64,000 bases of DNA from a virus. Its lineage: Duplodnaviria; Caudoviricetes. The translations under genes were made by a program, and so were the position numbers. How positions within the stretch are numbered: the first letter of the stretch is position 1; every line of letters starts with the position of its first letter. This document shows positions 56,253 through 64,000 of this stretch, piece by piece. Where the stretch lies: the IMG/VR virus record IMGVR_UViG_3300021375_000006; one strand, given 5' to 3'. The notes beneath the pieces are model-generated. The model worked only from the letters and a program-made list of their open reading frames with translations, was not told the origin of the DNA and did no database searches.

Positions 56253-56477
56253 TTAAAAGGGTAATTCTTCGTTTCTTAGTTTTTCGTACTTTAATTCCTT
56301 AATATCTACTTCTTGTACGTTTAGGGAAGCAAAAGGTGTTCTATGTAATTTAGTGACATCCCATTGTTGATTTGGGTGCAACATATTCTGGTTTCTTGCA
56401 ATAAGTTCTGCCTTAGAGTAAGCGTGTTTATCGTTATCTCCTTCGACATAAACTTCAAAAGTTACTGTGTATCTCAT
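56253..56477 (-). CDS. Hypothetical protein
   Basis: Intact ORF. Confidence 0.5.
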   Translation of the reverse strand: MRYTVTFEVYVEGDNDKHAYSKAELIARNQNMLHPNQQWDVTKLHRTPFASLNVQEVDIKELKYEKLRNEELPF

Positions 56478-56593
56478 TAGTTTATCATTTTTAAAAGGTT
56501 AGAAATAAGTAGTGTCATGTAGAGTCCGAATGCCGTGATAAGCACAATATCTACACTGTCGATTTTTTTGATTATGGTTTTTATTTTGTTCAT
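56477..56593 (-). CDS. 38-aa membrane peptide missing from the ORF track
   Basis: MNKIKTIIKKIDSVDIVLITAFGLYMTLLISNLLKMIN. TAATG overlap with the downstream gene. Confidence 0.45.
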   Translation of the reverse strand: MNKIKTIIKKIDSVDIVLITAFGLYMTLLISNLLKMIN

Positions 56594-56602
56594 ATATTTA
56601 AT

Positions 56603-57898
56603 TTAAAAAGTTCTTACTCCGTCGTAAACTGCTTTAATAACTGGGAACCTCAATGAGTATTCTCCTGACTTGCTTTGAGATTCTTCAAAGTATTGTACGG
56701 TAATCTGCTTCCCTAGAATCTCGTTAGGGTTAGCGAAGTAATAGCGTCTCTGTTCGTGACTAAAGCCACTACCGACGCGTACCTGATTTCCTTTATGTTC
56801 GATGATAACATTCTTTAGCATCAGTTCCTCGACCTCTGCACCATCGACAATAACTCTATGGACGTCATTCTCAAGATCGACTACAATATACTCATCGTCA
56901 AACATTTGTTTTACTTTCAAGATCTCATCAGATCTTTTACCCTTATAGGCTGCATCTTTACGAAGCATTAGGCCTTCCCAGCCATTAGCTTTAGATTCTG
57001 CCATCATCTCCGAGAAGATCTGATCGTTACAGATTTGTTGCGGTAAAACTCCGATTAGTGTTAGACCCTTACCTAGACTCAAATCAAGTAGATCTGTAAT
57101 TCTTTGGCCGAATGTAACCTCTGAAGTTTTAGAGTTGAAATCTTCCATTGACAACATGTCAAACATCCAGTAGTATGGTTTTACAATAGTATGGTCTTTA
57201 CGTTTGATTTCTTTAATGATACCAGCAAAGTCTTCGTTACCATTCTGGTCTACGATACAAACTTCGCCATCAAGAACTGTATTCTTTAAACCAAGTGCTT
57301 TAATATCTAGTTTCAGATGATCAAGTGTCAAGAATTCTTTACCTTGACGTGAGAAGAACTTAGGCTCTCCGGAGGCATCAATAACTGTAAGACATCTTAC
57401 ACCATCCAGTTTTCTTGAGACGAACCAACGATCTTCCCAGTTAACTTTCTTTTGAGTCTTCTCATCAAATGCTTTGGCAAGTGCCACATCAAATGTAGGA
57501 ATAAGTCCTGGTTTTACCTTGTTAATCATAGAAGCAGTTGACCTAGTCTTTAGGTTTCTGTCAATGATGTTAAAAATAAGATCTTTGTAAATATAGTTCT
57601 CATGTACAAATCTATTCACGTTAGCGATTGCTGCGTGACCTGTACAAACTCTATTATTCAGATCATCTAGTAAAGTAAAAATACTTCCATAAGTATTAGG
57701 ATGTCCCATGAGATCTGAATTCTTCTTGCAGTTAGCAGAAGTAACACCATATTGTTTGTAGGTGTCATAAGTATAATTAAGTGCTTTACATACTGACTCG
57801 TATTGAGTATATGTTTTTAGCACTTCTAATTTGTCTGAGTTAGAGTTCGTAGCATTTGATGCTTCGACGAAATCTGAAATAAGTTGAAAATCTGTCAT
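56603..57898 (-). CDS. lig: ATP-dependent DNA ligase
   Basis: SRKLDGVR (motif I), VLDGE, WEGLMLR, ILKVK, GSGFS, SLRFP. Confidence 0.9.
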   Translation of the reverse strand: MTDFQLISDFVEASNATNSNSDKLEVLKTYTQYESVCKALNYTYDTYKQYGVTSANCKKNSDLMGHPNTYGSIFTLLDDLNNRVCTGHAAIANVNRFVHENYIYKDLIFNIIDRNLKTRSTASMINKVKPGLIPTFDVALAKAFDEKTQKKVNWEDRWFVSRKLDGVRCLTVIDASGEPKFFSRQGKEFLTLDHLKLDIKALGLKNTVLDGEVCIVDQNGNEDFAGIIKEIKRKDHTIVKPYYWMFDMLSMEDFNSKTSEVTFGQRITDLLDLSLGKGLTLIGVLPQQICNDQIFSEMMAESKANGWEGLMLRKDAAYKGKRSDEILKVKQMFDDEYIVVDLENDVHRVIVDGAEVEELMLKNVIIEHKGNQVRVGSGFSHEQRRYYFANPNEILGKQITVQYFEESQSKSGEYSLRFPVIKAVYDGVRTF

Positions 57899-57904
57899 AT
57901 TATA

Positions 57905-58288
57905 TTATATAAAAAGTTTGTAATCTTGTTCCGACGCGATAGCTTCTAACTCAAATGGATGTGTGTCATATTCATAACCGTCGTCATAGAGTCTTTTCAT
58001 TTCTTCACCGTCTTGTAAATAATGTGTGTATTCATGTAGAAGAGACTCGATAACCCATTGTTTACTTTTAGCCTCTGGCCAGTAAACCCAAATAGTGTTA
58101 GACTCTCTTTCGAATTCTGCATGTGGACTACATTCACCTTCTGCATCTTCTTCGCCAGTTAATCTAGCGTAGATGTTATGATGTAGCTTAACTTCTGGAA
58201 ATTCACTGTGATATTTAGAAATACCGTAGTGTTCTTTTACCTTTGGGTAAACTTCGTCGATGATATGTTTTACTTTGTTCTTGTCCAT
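57905..58288 (-). CDS. Zincin-like metallopeptidase
   Basis: LLHEYTHYLQ and HPFELEA. Confidence 0.65.
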   Translation of the reverse strand: MDKNKVKHIIDEVYPKVKEHYGISKYHSEFPEVKLHHNIYARLTGEEDAEGECSPHAEFERESNTIWVYWPEAKSKQWVIESLLHEYTHYLQDGEEMKRLYDDGYEYDTHPFELEAIASEQDYKLFI

Positions 58289-58293
58289 AATTA

Positions 58294-58350
58294 CAGTACT
58301 AATATAATCAATTTTTCTGACATAAAAAAATGTTTTGGCAATTATTTTGC
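58294..58350 (-). promoter_or_regulatory. Conserved promoter-like element, copy 3
   Basis: Same fixed spacing as copies 1 and 2. Confidence 0.7.
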
Positions 58351-58380
58351 AAAAAAAAAGCCCAGCGTTAACTGGGCTTT
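58351..58380 (-). terminator. Rho-independent terminator
   Basis: AAAGCCCAG-TTAACG-CTGGGCTTTTTTTTT. Confidence 0.8.
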
Positions 58381-58401
58381 AAAATTGTGATTAGCTTAGT
58401 A

Positions 58402-58626
58402 TTACTTCTTGTCGAATACTTTCCACAGGATAAGTAAAGCAACTAAGCCAACGAATCCGCCATCACCAAGAGATTTTACAATCTCCATAACATTTCCTAC
58501 AACATTAGTTCCGAAAACACCTACGCCGAATACTACTTCAACTAAAATGCTAAGTGAAACAAATGATACTAGGATTGTAGATAGGCCACCTAAAAAGTCG
58601 CCTACTTTTCCAAATATGTCTTTCAT
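58402..58626 (-). CDS. Small two-TM membrane protein (holin-like?)
   Basis: Two hydrophobic helices and a basic C-terminus. Confidence 0.5.
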   Translation of the reverse strand: MKDIFGKVGDFLGGLSTILVSFVSLSILVEVVFGVGVFGTNVVGNVMEIVKSLGDGGFVGLVALLILWKVFDKK

Positions 58627-58669
58627 GATTTTGTGATTTATTTAAAGCCCCGTCCCCCGAGTCTCTAAA

Positions 58670-58918
58670 TTACGCTTCTCCTTCTGAGTCTTTTTTCTTA
58701 CCGAAGATTTTATCAGCAGATGCTAACCCTAAACCACCAATACAAATTGCTGCAACAGCATTTACAATTGTAGGTTCTACTGGGTACTCGGTATAAAGGT
58801 TAATCATTAAAGCAGCACATAAAGTAATACCGCTTAATATTCCGATAAACCTTTTAGATGAAGGTGTTCCTTTCTCGTCTTTCAGAAGTCCTGAAAGCCA
58901 GTTGATTATCTTTTTCAT
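58670..58918 (-). CDS. Small two-TM membrane protein (holin-like?)
   Basis: PSSKRF followed by two TM helices. Adjacent to a cell-wall enzyme. Confidence 0.5.
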   Translation of the reverse strand: MKKIINWLSGLLKDEKGTPSSKRFIGILSGITLCAALMINLYTEYPVEPTIVNAVAAICIGGLGLASADKIFGKKKDSEGEA

Positions 58919-58965
58919 TTAGGCTAGATATATTTTTTAAGGTTTCCCCTGTTATCTATATATCT

Positions 58966-59577
58966 TTAAGAAATGTCATTCGAGTTGATTAGAGTATATG
59001 TGAACGAATTGCTCCATCTATCTCTAGCCTTATACATTACATTCATAAAATCGTAGAAATCATCTTCTTTCGAGAATACTTGACATCCAGCTGACCATTT
59101 GTCAACTTGAACTGAGCCACTTTTCCATGAACCAGCCTTATGGATATTAATACCATAAACACCCTCATGTACATTCTCTTCAATTAAATCATACTCATCA
59201 TCCATGTTTTTGTCTCTGTAAACTTTTACAGGACCCTTTTGACATAGAGCTTCATATTTACCTTGATGTTTTCTAATCATGTGTGAGCCTCTGTATTGAC
59301 CCTCTTTTAAAATAGCAACGCCATCTTTGTTTAATAAGTGTTCTGCCCAATACTTGCCTGGATCGGTAGTACATTTCCAGCAGTTAAAATGCCAATTGCC
59401 GCTATCATCTTTATATGAGATAGTCATACAATCGTCAAATTTGTTTGTAATTTCATCGCCAGTCGCTGCATTTCTCACTCCTACGATGTTTACGTTGTAG
59501 GCACCATTGTGAAAATACTTATGTCCTAAGCTTTCCATTGCTTTTTCAATTTGTTCTCTTGTGTAGCAAGTTTCCAT
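58966..59577 (-). CDS. YkuD/L,D-transpeptidase-like cell-wall enzyme
   Basis: TTDPG and GINIHKAG...WSAGCQV (H-x(n)-S-x-G-C). Confidence 0.6.
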   Translation of the reverse strand: METCYTREQIEKAMESLGHKYFHNGAYNVNIVGVRNAATGDEITNKFDDCMTISYKDDSGNWHFNCWKCTTDPGKYWAEHLLNKDGVAILKEGQYRGSHMIRKHQGKYEALCQKGPVKVYRDKNMDDEYDLIEENVHEGVYGINIHKAGSWKSGSVQVDKWSAGCQVFSKEDDFYDFMNVMYKARDRWSNSFTYTLINSNDIS

Positions 59578-59579
59578 AA

Positions 59580-59942
59580 TTATTGTGTTTGATTTTGTTT
59601 AGCTCTAGCCTCTTTACAGTCTTCACATTGGCATAAATTAGGATCTGCTATAGTGGCCGGTTTATTATTTATTGGTTTTGGATTTACAGCATCTATTTTA
59701 TCTAAAAGCTGTTTATCTGCAGTATGGTCTTTAAACCAAAAGTCAATTACTTTACTAAAACCACCAATTAAGGCACCTAGTAATAACATTAGAACTTCTT
59801 TCCAGTCCGTATCTAGTTTATGATCGCCTAACATTGCATGTTCGATACCTATTAGAACTAGTAGAAAAGATGCTACAATTACGATACTGAGGAAAGTTCT
59901 ACCCCAAAATTCTTTCTTAATTATACTTACAAATGGATTCAT
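59580..59942 (-). CDS. Two-TM membrane protein
   Basis: Two hydrophobic helices, IDFWF, C-terminal CQCEDC. Confidence 0.5.
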   Translation of the reverse strand: MNPFVSIIKKEFWGRTFLSIVIVASFLLVLIGIEHAMLGDHKLDTDWKEVLMLLLGALIGGFSKVIDFWFKDHTADKQLLDKIDAVNPKPINNKPATIADPNLCQCEDCKEARAKQNQTQ

Positions 59943-59969
59943 AATATAAGGTTATATTATTATATATCT

Positions 59970-60410
59970 CTATTTTATAGACTTCTCGATGGCCTTTTTA
60001 ACAGCAGATGCAAATGTAGTTTTACTGAATTCTAACTCATCGTTATTCAGATCAATAAAAGTAGCCTTAACTGTAGATTTAGCCTTGCCTTCTACCTCAA
60101 TTATCTTACCATCCATATAGACTAATAGAGTAACGATAGTCTTTTTACTGACTTTAGTCCATGGACCTATTTCTATCCCAGTTGTTGGCGCTTCGATTGA
60201 GGTTACTTGTACTTCAACTGGTTTTCCATCCATACATAGGTCATATTTGTCTGAGATAATATCTTCCATCATCTGCTTAATACCAAATGTAATTCGCCTT
60301 TGACTGATTTCTTCCATTTCAACTGTGGTTGTTACGGCTTTAACAGTATAACAATCTTGTGCGAATAACATAGTTGGGATTAAGAATAAGAGTAGTAATA
60401 GCTTTTTCAT
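59970..60410 (-). CDS. Secreted protein, probable distant paralog of the CsgG-like protein
   Basis: Signal peptide. C-terminal FSKTTFASAVKKAIE parallels FNQSTIGIATKKALE in 62200..62904. Confidence 0.55.
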   Translation of the reverse strand: MKKLLLLLFLIPTMLFAQDCYTVKAVTTTVEMEEISQRRITFGIKQMMEDIISDKYDLCMDGKPVEVQVTSIEAPTTGIEIGPWTKVSKKTIVTLLVYMDGKIIEVEGKAKSTVKATFIDLNNDELEFSKTTFASAVKKAIEKSIK

Positions 60411-60869
60411 AGTTAAAATCTGATTTTTATATTGCTAACTTAACACCTACATTAAGGTAGTTTAAATTTCTATTAATTTGCAATATTCTACTTGTAACCC
60501 AAATAGATTTATATAATTTAATGTCTCCCCCATATTGTGCAAGCATAAAACCACTATCATTATTTATTCTATATAGAGGACCTGCAAATAGCTTAACTCT
60601 TTTAATAGGTTGATATTGATAGCTGAAAAAGGTATATGCCGCATTTTTGTGTCCTTCGCCCATAAGATGAAAACCAAGAGACATATTATTCCAATCTGTT
60701 GAAAAAGCCATACCAGATGCATGGAAGCAACTAACCCATGCTACTGTAAATTCCACGTCATCATTAGCTTCCCAATTTGTAACTTTATGATATGGCGAAC
60801 AATCTTGTGCGAATAACATGGTTGGGATTAAGAATAAGAGTAGTAATAGCTTTTTCATAATTAAAATCT
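60351..60869. repeat. 71-bp direct repeat (60351-60421 and 60799-60869), 2 mismatches
   Basis: Aligned by eye. Covers the upstream junction and the signal-peptide codons of two adjacent genes. Confidence 0.9.
60427..60858 (-). CDS. Small outer-membrane beta-barrel-like protein
   Basis: Signal peptide, amphipathic strands, ends LNVGVKLAI. Confidence 0.5.
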   Translation of the reverse strand: MKKLLLLLFLIPTMLFAQDCSPYHKVTNWEANDDVEFTVAWVSCFHASGMAFSTDWNNMSLGFHLMGEGHKNAAYTFFSYQYQPIKRVKLFAGPLYRINNDSGFMLAQYGGDIKLYKSIWVTSRILQINRNLNYLNVGVKLAI

Positions 60870-62219
60870 TATTTTACCACCGGTTAATACTTGATAGTTG
60901 AGGGCATTTCCGCCTGATTGCCAAACTCCAGTAAAACTGATATTATATTTGAATGTTTTTGTAATTTGAATATCCCAAGAGCTAAATGGTACAATTAATA
61001 GACCTGGATCCCACCATTTACCTTCATAGTATTGAGTAAACGGAGAGTAGACTCCTAGAATAAGTGCTGATGTTGTAATCTTTGGCGTCACTCTAAAGTT
61101 TCTGTGTACACCACCGACTGCTGATAAGTTTTGTAGACCTCTTTCACCTAATTTACCTATTGTAAAATTTAAACCAGCCATACCAGTATATTTCTTCTTG
61201 CCGAACTTAAATGATTCTAGGGCTGTGGTTGTATTTAGATGATTTTGATTGAAATCTGTCATAGTAGTATTTGCCGCTACTAGATTGAATGTTCTTTTAG
61301 GATTAATCCATGATTTATAGAGAGTTAAACTGAAATCATTCGTCACAGTTGTATATGTGAATAGTGCTCCCTGAATTTTATTTTGTTTTGTATTGGCATG
61401 AGTAATAGAACCGACTACTTTTACTTGGCGACCATTTGAGTTATCTCTATTATCAATAACTACAATATCACCAGATGCAATTAAAGAACCTGAATTTTTA
61501 TTAGCTTCTGCACTTCCATCACCGCCATCTATTGCATTTGAGACAGAATTTGCTAGTGACATGGTCATCGCACCTTCTTTTGATTCCTCTTCAGTTCCAC
61601 CTTCAGCGCCGCCTGTTGAGTTGCCACTTCCACCTGTATTACCTTGTCCACCACTAGTTTGACTAGAACCAGAACCACTGGATTGCCCTGAACTAGTTCC
61701 TGAGCCTCCACTTTCGCCACTTTGGCTACCGGAAGTACCAGATTGACTACCAGAACTACCAGATTGACTAGAATTATTACCATCTTCGCCCTCTTCATCT
61801 TCACCTGCAGCATTATCAATAGCTTCTGCGACTGGAACTGAAGATGCAGAAATAGCCTGAGGTATCATATCTCCACCTAATACTCCCATGATATTTGTAA
61901 TTACTCCAATAGTATTTTGAACCACTGCTGAAGTAGTAGTATTTTGAATAACTTGAGATACAGATTCGCATGGACTCGAACCATTTGCTTGTGAAACTAA
62001 ATCCATCCATGAATCAAAAGTACCATTTGTAAAATCAGCTTGTGTAAATGTCTGTACATTACCAAAATAATTTAGGGCAATAGAGTTACTAGAACCCATT
62101 TGAATAGTCTGTTGAGTCAGAGTACATGGATCTGTAAATGTATAAGACCACTGGCCATAACTGACTAGAGGTGCTAAGAATAACAGAAGTGTAATTATTT
62201 TATTCTTCAAATATGCCAC
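60861..62219 (-). CDS. Secreted protein with a Ser/Gly-rich linker and a C-terminal beta-barrel
   Basis: Signal peptide, SGSSGSQSG linker, strands ending GGKIRF. Confidence 0.6.
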   Translation of the reverse strand: MAYLKNKIITLLLFLAPLVSYGQWSYTFTDPCTLTQQTIQMGSSNSIALNYFGNVQTFTQADFTNGTFDSWMDLVSQANGSSPCESVSQVIQNTTTSAVVQNTIGVITNIMGVLGGDMIPQAISASSVPVAEAIDNAAGEDEEGEDGNNSSQSGSSGSQSGTSGSQSGESGGSGTSSGQSSGSGSSQTSGGQGNTGGSGNSTGGAEGGTEEESKEGAMTMSLANSVSNAIDGGDGSAEANKNSGSLIASGDIVVIDNRDNSNGRQVKVVGSITHANTKQNKIQGALFTYTTVTNDFSLTLYKSWINPKRTFNLVAANTTMTDFNQNHLNTTTALESFKFGKKKYTGMAGLNFTIGKLGERGLQNLSAVGGVHRNFRVTPKITTSALILGVYSPFTQYYEGKWWDPGLLIVPFSSWDIQITKTFKYNISFTGVWQSGGNALNYQVLTGGKIRF

Positions 62220-62904
62220 GCTTAATCATTCTTTTTACAATACGAGCTGAGGCAGATTCTAACGCTTTCTTAGTTGCAATACCAATTGTTGATTGATTGA
62301 ACTTGACTTCATTGTCTTCACCAATTTGAGTTCTTTTAATCGTGACTGCTTCACCGCTTCCACTTCCAGTAAAAATAGTTCCAGTCTCGGCATTGACAAA
62401 TCTTACTTGCATACCAATAATAGTTTTTAGAACAGTCTTTACTCCATCGACTGTCACCTCTTCTTCCTCAGAAATTGAGTAGTCATATATTTCTACATAT
62501 ACAAAATACTCTGCTAACACAACATTACCTATAACTTGAATATCATTTGCTGATATACCTTTCGCTGCAGCTTGATGTTGCTTAACCATTCTCTGTTTGA
62601 TTTCTTCTTTATCTTCTGTAAATAGAAATCTATCTGTCCACTCTAAATAAGACAGAGTTATATTACTAACACCTAAACCTACTCTATTCTCTCTCAATTC
62701 TGGATAGAATTCATATAGTTCTGGTGTAAAGCCTATGTTTAAAACTTGAATAGGCAATTGATAATCTAACATATAGTCAGATACCTCATCGATGTCTGCT
62801 TTTTGTTCAAAACTAGCTTTATAGTCTTCAGTCTCAGTTTTACCTATTTGAGCATGAACTGTAAATGTAGCTAACAAAAAGACCAGTGTGAATAATCTTA
62901 CCAT
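62200..62904 (-). CDS. CsgG/HfaB-like envelope protein
   Basis: Signal peptide. IGMQVRFVNAETGTIFTGSGSGEA resembles the CsgG-family VDLRLVDxxTG. Confidence 0.6.
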   Translation of the reverse strand: MVRLFTLVFLLATFTVHAQIGKTETEDYKASFEQKADIDEVSDYMLDYQLPIQVLNIGFTPELYEFYPELRENRVGLGVSNITLSYLEWTDRFLFTEDKEEIKQRMVKQHQAAAKGISANDIQVIGNVVLAEYFVYVEIYDYSISEEEEVTVDGVKTVLKTIIGMQVRFVNAETGTIFTGSGSGEAVTIKRTQIGEDNEVKFNQSTIGIATKKALESASARIVKRMIKRGIFEE

Positions 62905-63164
62905 GTTATTTCGTCTTCTTTCTTTTCTACCTCTTTAATAATCACTTTGGGCTCTTTCTTTTCCACTATATTATTAATGATAATTTGTGGTTGAGCCGGA
63001 ATGCTATCTTGTACTACAACTGGTGTAGGTTCCTCTTTTGGAGATAACCAACCTTCCATGTTAGTAATAAAGATACCAAAACCAGCGGCGATGACTAGGC
63101 CAACGCCGGCTATGATTTGATTTTTAATTTCAGAAAAGAATTTGTTTTCTTTTTTATCTGACAT
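62898..63164 (-). CDS. Single-TM protein with a Pro/Lys-rich stalk
   Basis: IIAGVGLVIAAGFGIFI, then EPTPVVVQ. Confidence 0.5.
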   Translation of the reverse strand: MSDKKENKFFSEIKNQIIAGVGLVIAAGFGIFITNMEGWLSPKEEPTPVVVQDSIPAQPQIIINNIVEKKEPKVIIKEVEKKEDEITW

Positions 63165-63169
63165 TCTTC

Positions 63170-63364
63170 TTAGTTTATTTTTAAAGTACTAAATATCACA
63201 TAAGTTATTAATGTAAATAGTAGACCATTCATGATCTTCTCATCAGCTTCTCTTTGTGTTAGTAATACTTTTTTCTCGCAACATCCATCTGAAGCGGGCT
63301 TTGTAGACCCACATCCAAATAGTAGTATTGAACTTAACGACAGTGCAATCATCTTCTTTCTCAT
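63170..63364 (-). CDS. Small lipoprotein with a C-terminal TM helix
   Basis: Lipobox LLFG-C. Confidence 0.5.
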   Translation of the reverse strand: MRKKMIALSLSSILLFGCGSTKPASDGCCEKKVLLTQREADEKIMNGLLFTLITYVIFSTLKIN

Positions 63365-63371
63365 AATTAAG

Positions 63372-64000
63372 TTATTTTTTTATAGTTTTAAATGTTTTGA
63401 CGAATTTACCATTAGTTACTTGTAGAAGATAAACTCCTTGTGGTAGTGTAGACAAATCCATTTGGAATTGTACCCATCCTGCAAAGAATGTTCTTTTACT
63501 TCTAAGATATTCTACGTTGCTATAGTTTACTACTCTAACAATATAGTCGCCATTATCTGGTACTGTTAGGTCAAATGTAATTGGACCTATTGTTGGAACT
63601 GGATAAACCATTCCATAAATACCATCAGCAGGTCTAGTATCAAAGGCCATCATTCGTTTATTCACATAGCCATCTGTGTTTTCAACGTCAATGTCCATAC
63701 CTAATTCTGTTCCAGCTGTTTTTCTACCAATCGTAATTGGAATTTCTGTCCAATTTTGATCGATAACTTTAAATCTTACCGTAAACAATTCTGTTGTATT
63801 GCTTATAGTAAAACTACCGAAGGAAGCATCATAACCGCCCCATCTAACAGTTTCGCCTTCCCAGTCCATGGTATATGTTAACCACTCTTGAGCTTTAGGC
63901 GTCACAGTAATCGATACAAACTCTAAATAGTTTTTATCGTAGTTCAATGCGAATTCTAGACTACCAACATCCTCACCTGTAGTTTCTATTTCTACCGGTA
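63372..64000 (-). CDS. Cohesin-like domain plus T9SS type-A C-terminal sorting domain; 5'-truncated by the window edge
   Basis: Frame open to the edge (PVEIETTGEDVGSLEFALNYDKNYLEF). Ends DLSTLPQGVYLLQVTNGKFVKTFKTIKK. Confidence 0.75.
   Translation of the reverse strand, partial: PVEIETTGEDVGSLEFALNYDKNYLEFVSITVTPKAQEWLTYTMDWEGETVRWGGYDASFGSFTISNTTELFTVRFKVIDQNWTEIPITIGRKTAGTELGMDIDVENTDGYVNKRMMAFDTRPADGIYGMVYPVPTIGPITFDLTVPDNGDYIVRVVNYSNVEYLRSKRTFFAGWVQFQMDLSTLPQGVYLLQVTNGKFVKTFKTIKK

Noticed and set aside
1-64000. Stop-codon reassignment (alternative genetic code)
   Set aside because: Standard-code ORFs tile the window densely with full-length enzymes, and no suppressor tRNA is present here.
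1-64000. Eukaryotic giant virus (NCLDV) origin, suggested by collagen-like and glycosylation genes
   Set aside because: Overlapping operonic genes, Rho-independent terminators, peptidoglycan hydrolases, lipoboxes and a T9SS tail all point to a bacteriophage.

Overview
This window looks like 64 kb of a large, AT-rich, lytic dsDNA (jumbo-type, T4-superfamily-like) bacteriophage, probably infecting a Bacteroidota host. Host clues are a T9SS-type C-terminal sorting domain, a Bacteroidota Hc1-like protein, lipoproteins and TAnnTTTG-like promoters. All credible genes but the first are on the minus strand. Layout: (1) 1-785, a truncated RadA/Sms-like ATPase, then a non-coding GC-rich island. (2) 1.4-18.2 kb, giant Ser/Gly- and Thr-rich fibre/adhesin genes with two glycosyltransferases, one resembling plant-type protein O-glycosyltransferases (GT95/GT96). 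(3) A second GC-rich island at 19.4-19.9 kb. (4) 18.6-35.4 kb, many ORFs starting with a T4-like capsid-targeting/prohead-cleavage motif (F-x-x-F/Y-(L/I/V)-N-E). (5) 31.8-43.3 kb, an ADP-heptose pathway (cupin, HldE kinase, HldE nucleotidyltransferase-HAD fusion, HldD) with Aah/TibC-like protein O-heptosyltransferases. (6) Cell-wall hydrolases, nucleases, thioredoxin, carbamoyltransferase and ATP-dependent ligase. (7) Four tRNAs, with a ~400-nt candidate structured ncRNA behind a boxA-like site. (8) An outer-membrane/secreted-protein module at 59.9-64 kb. Best candidate for an undescribed system: a self-contained phage protein O-glycosylation (heptosylation) apparatus, plausibly acting on the phage's own Ser/Thr-rich fibres. 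All family assignments come from motif recognition by eye; no searches were run.
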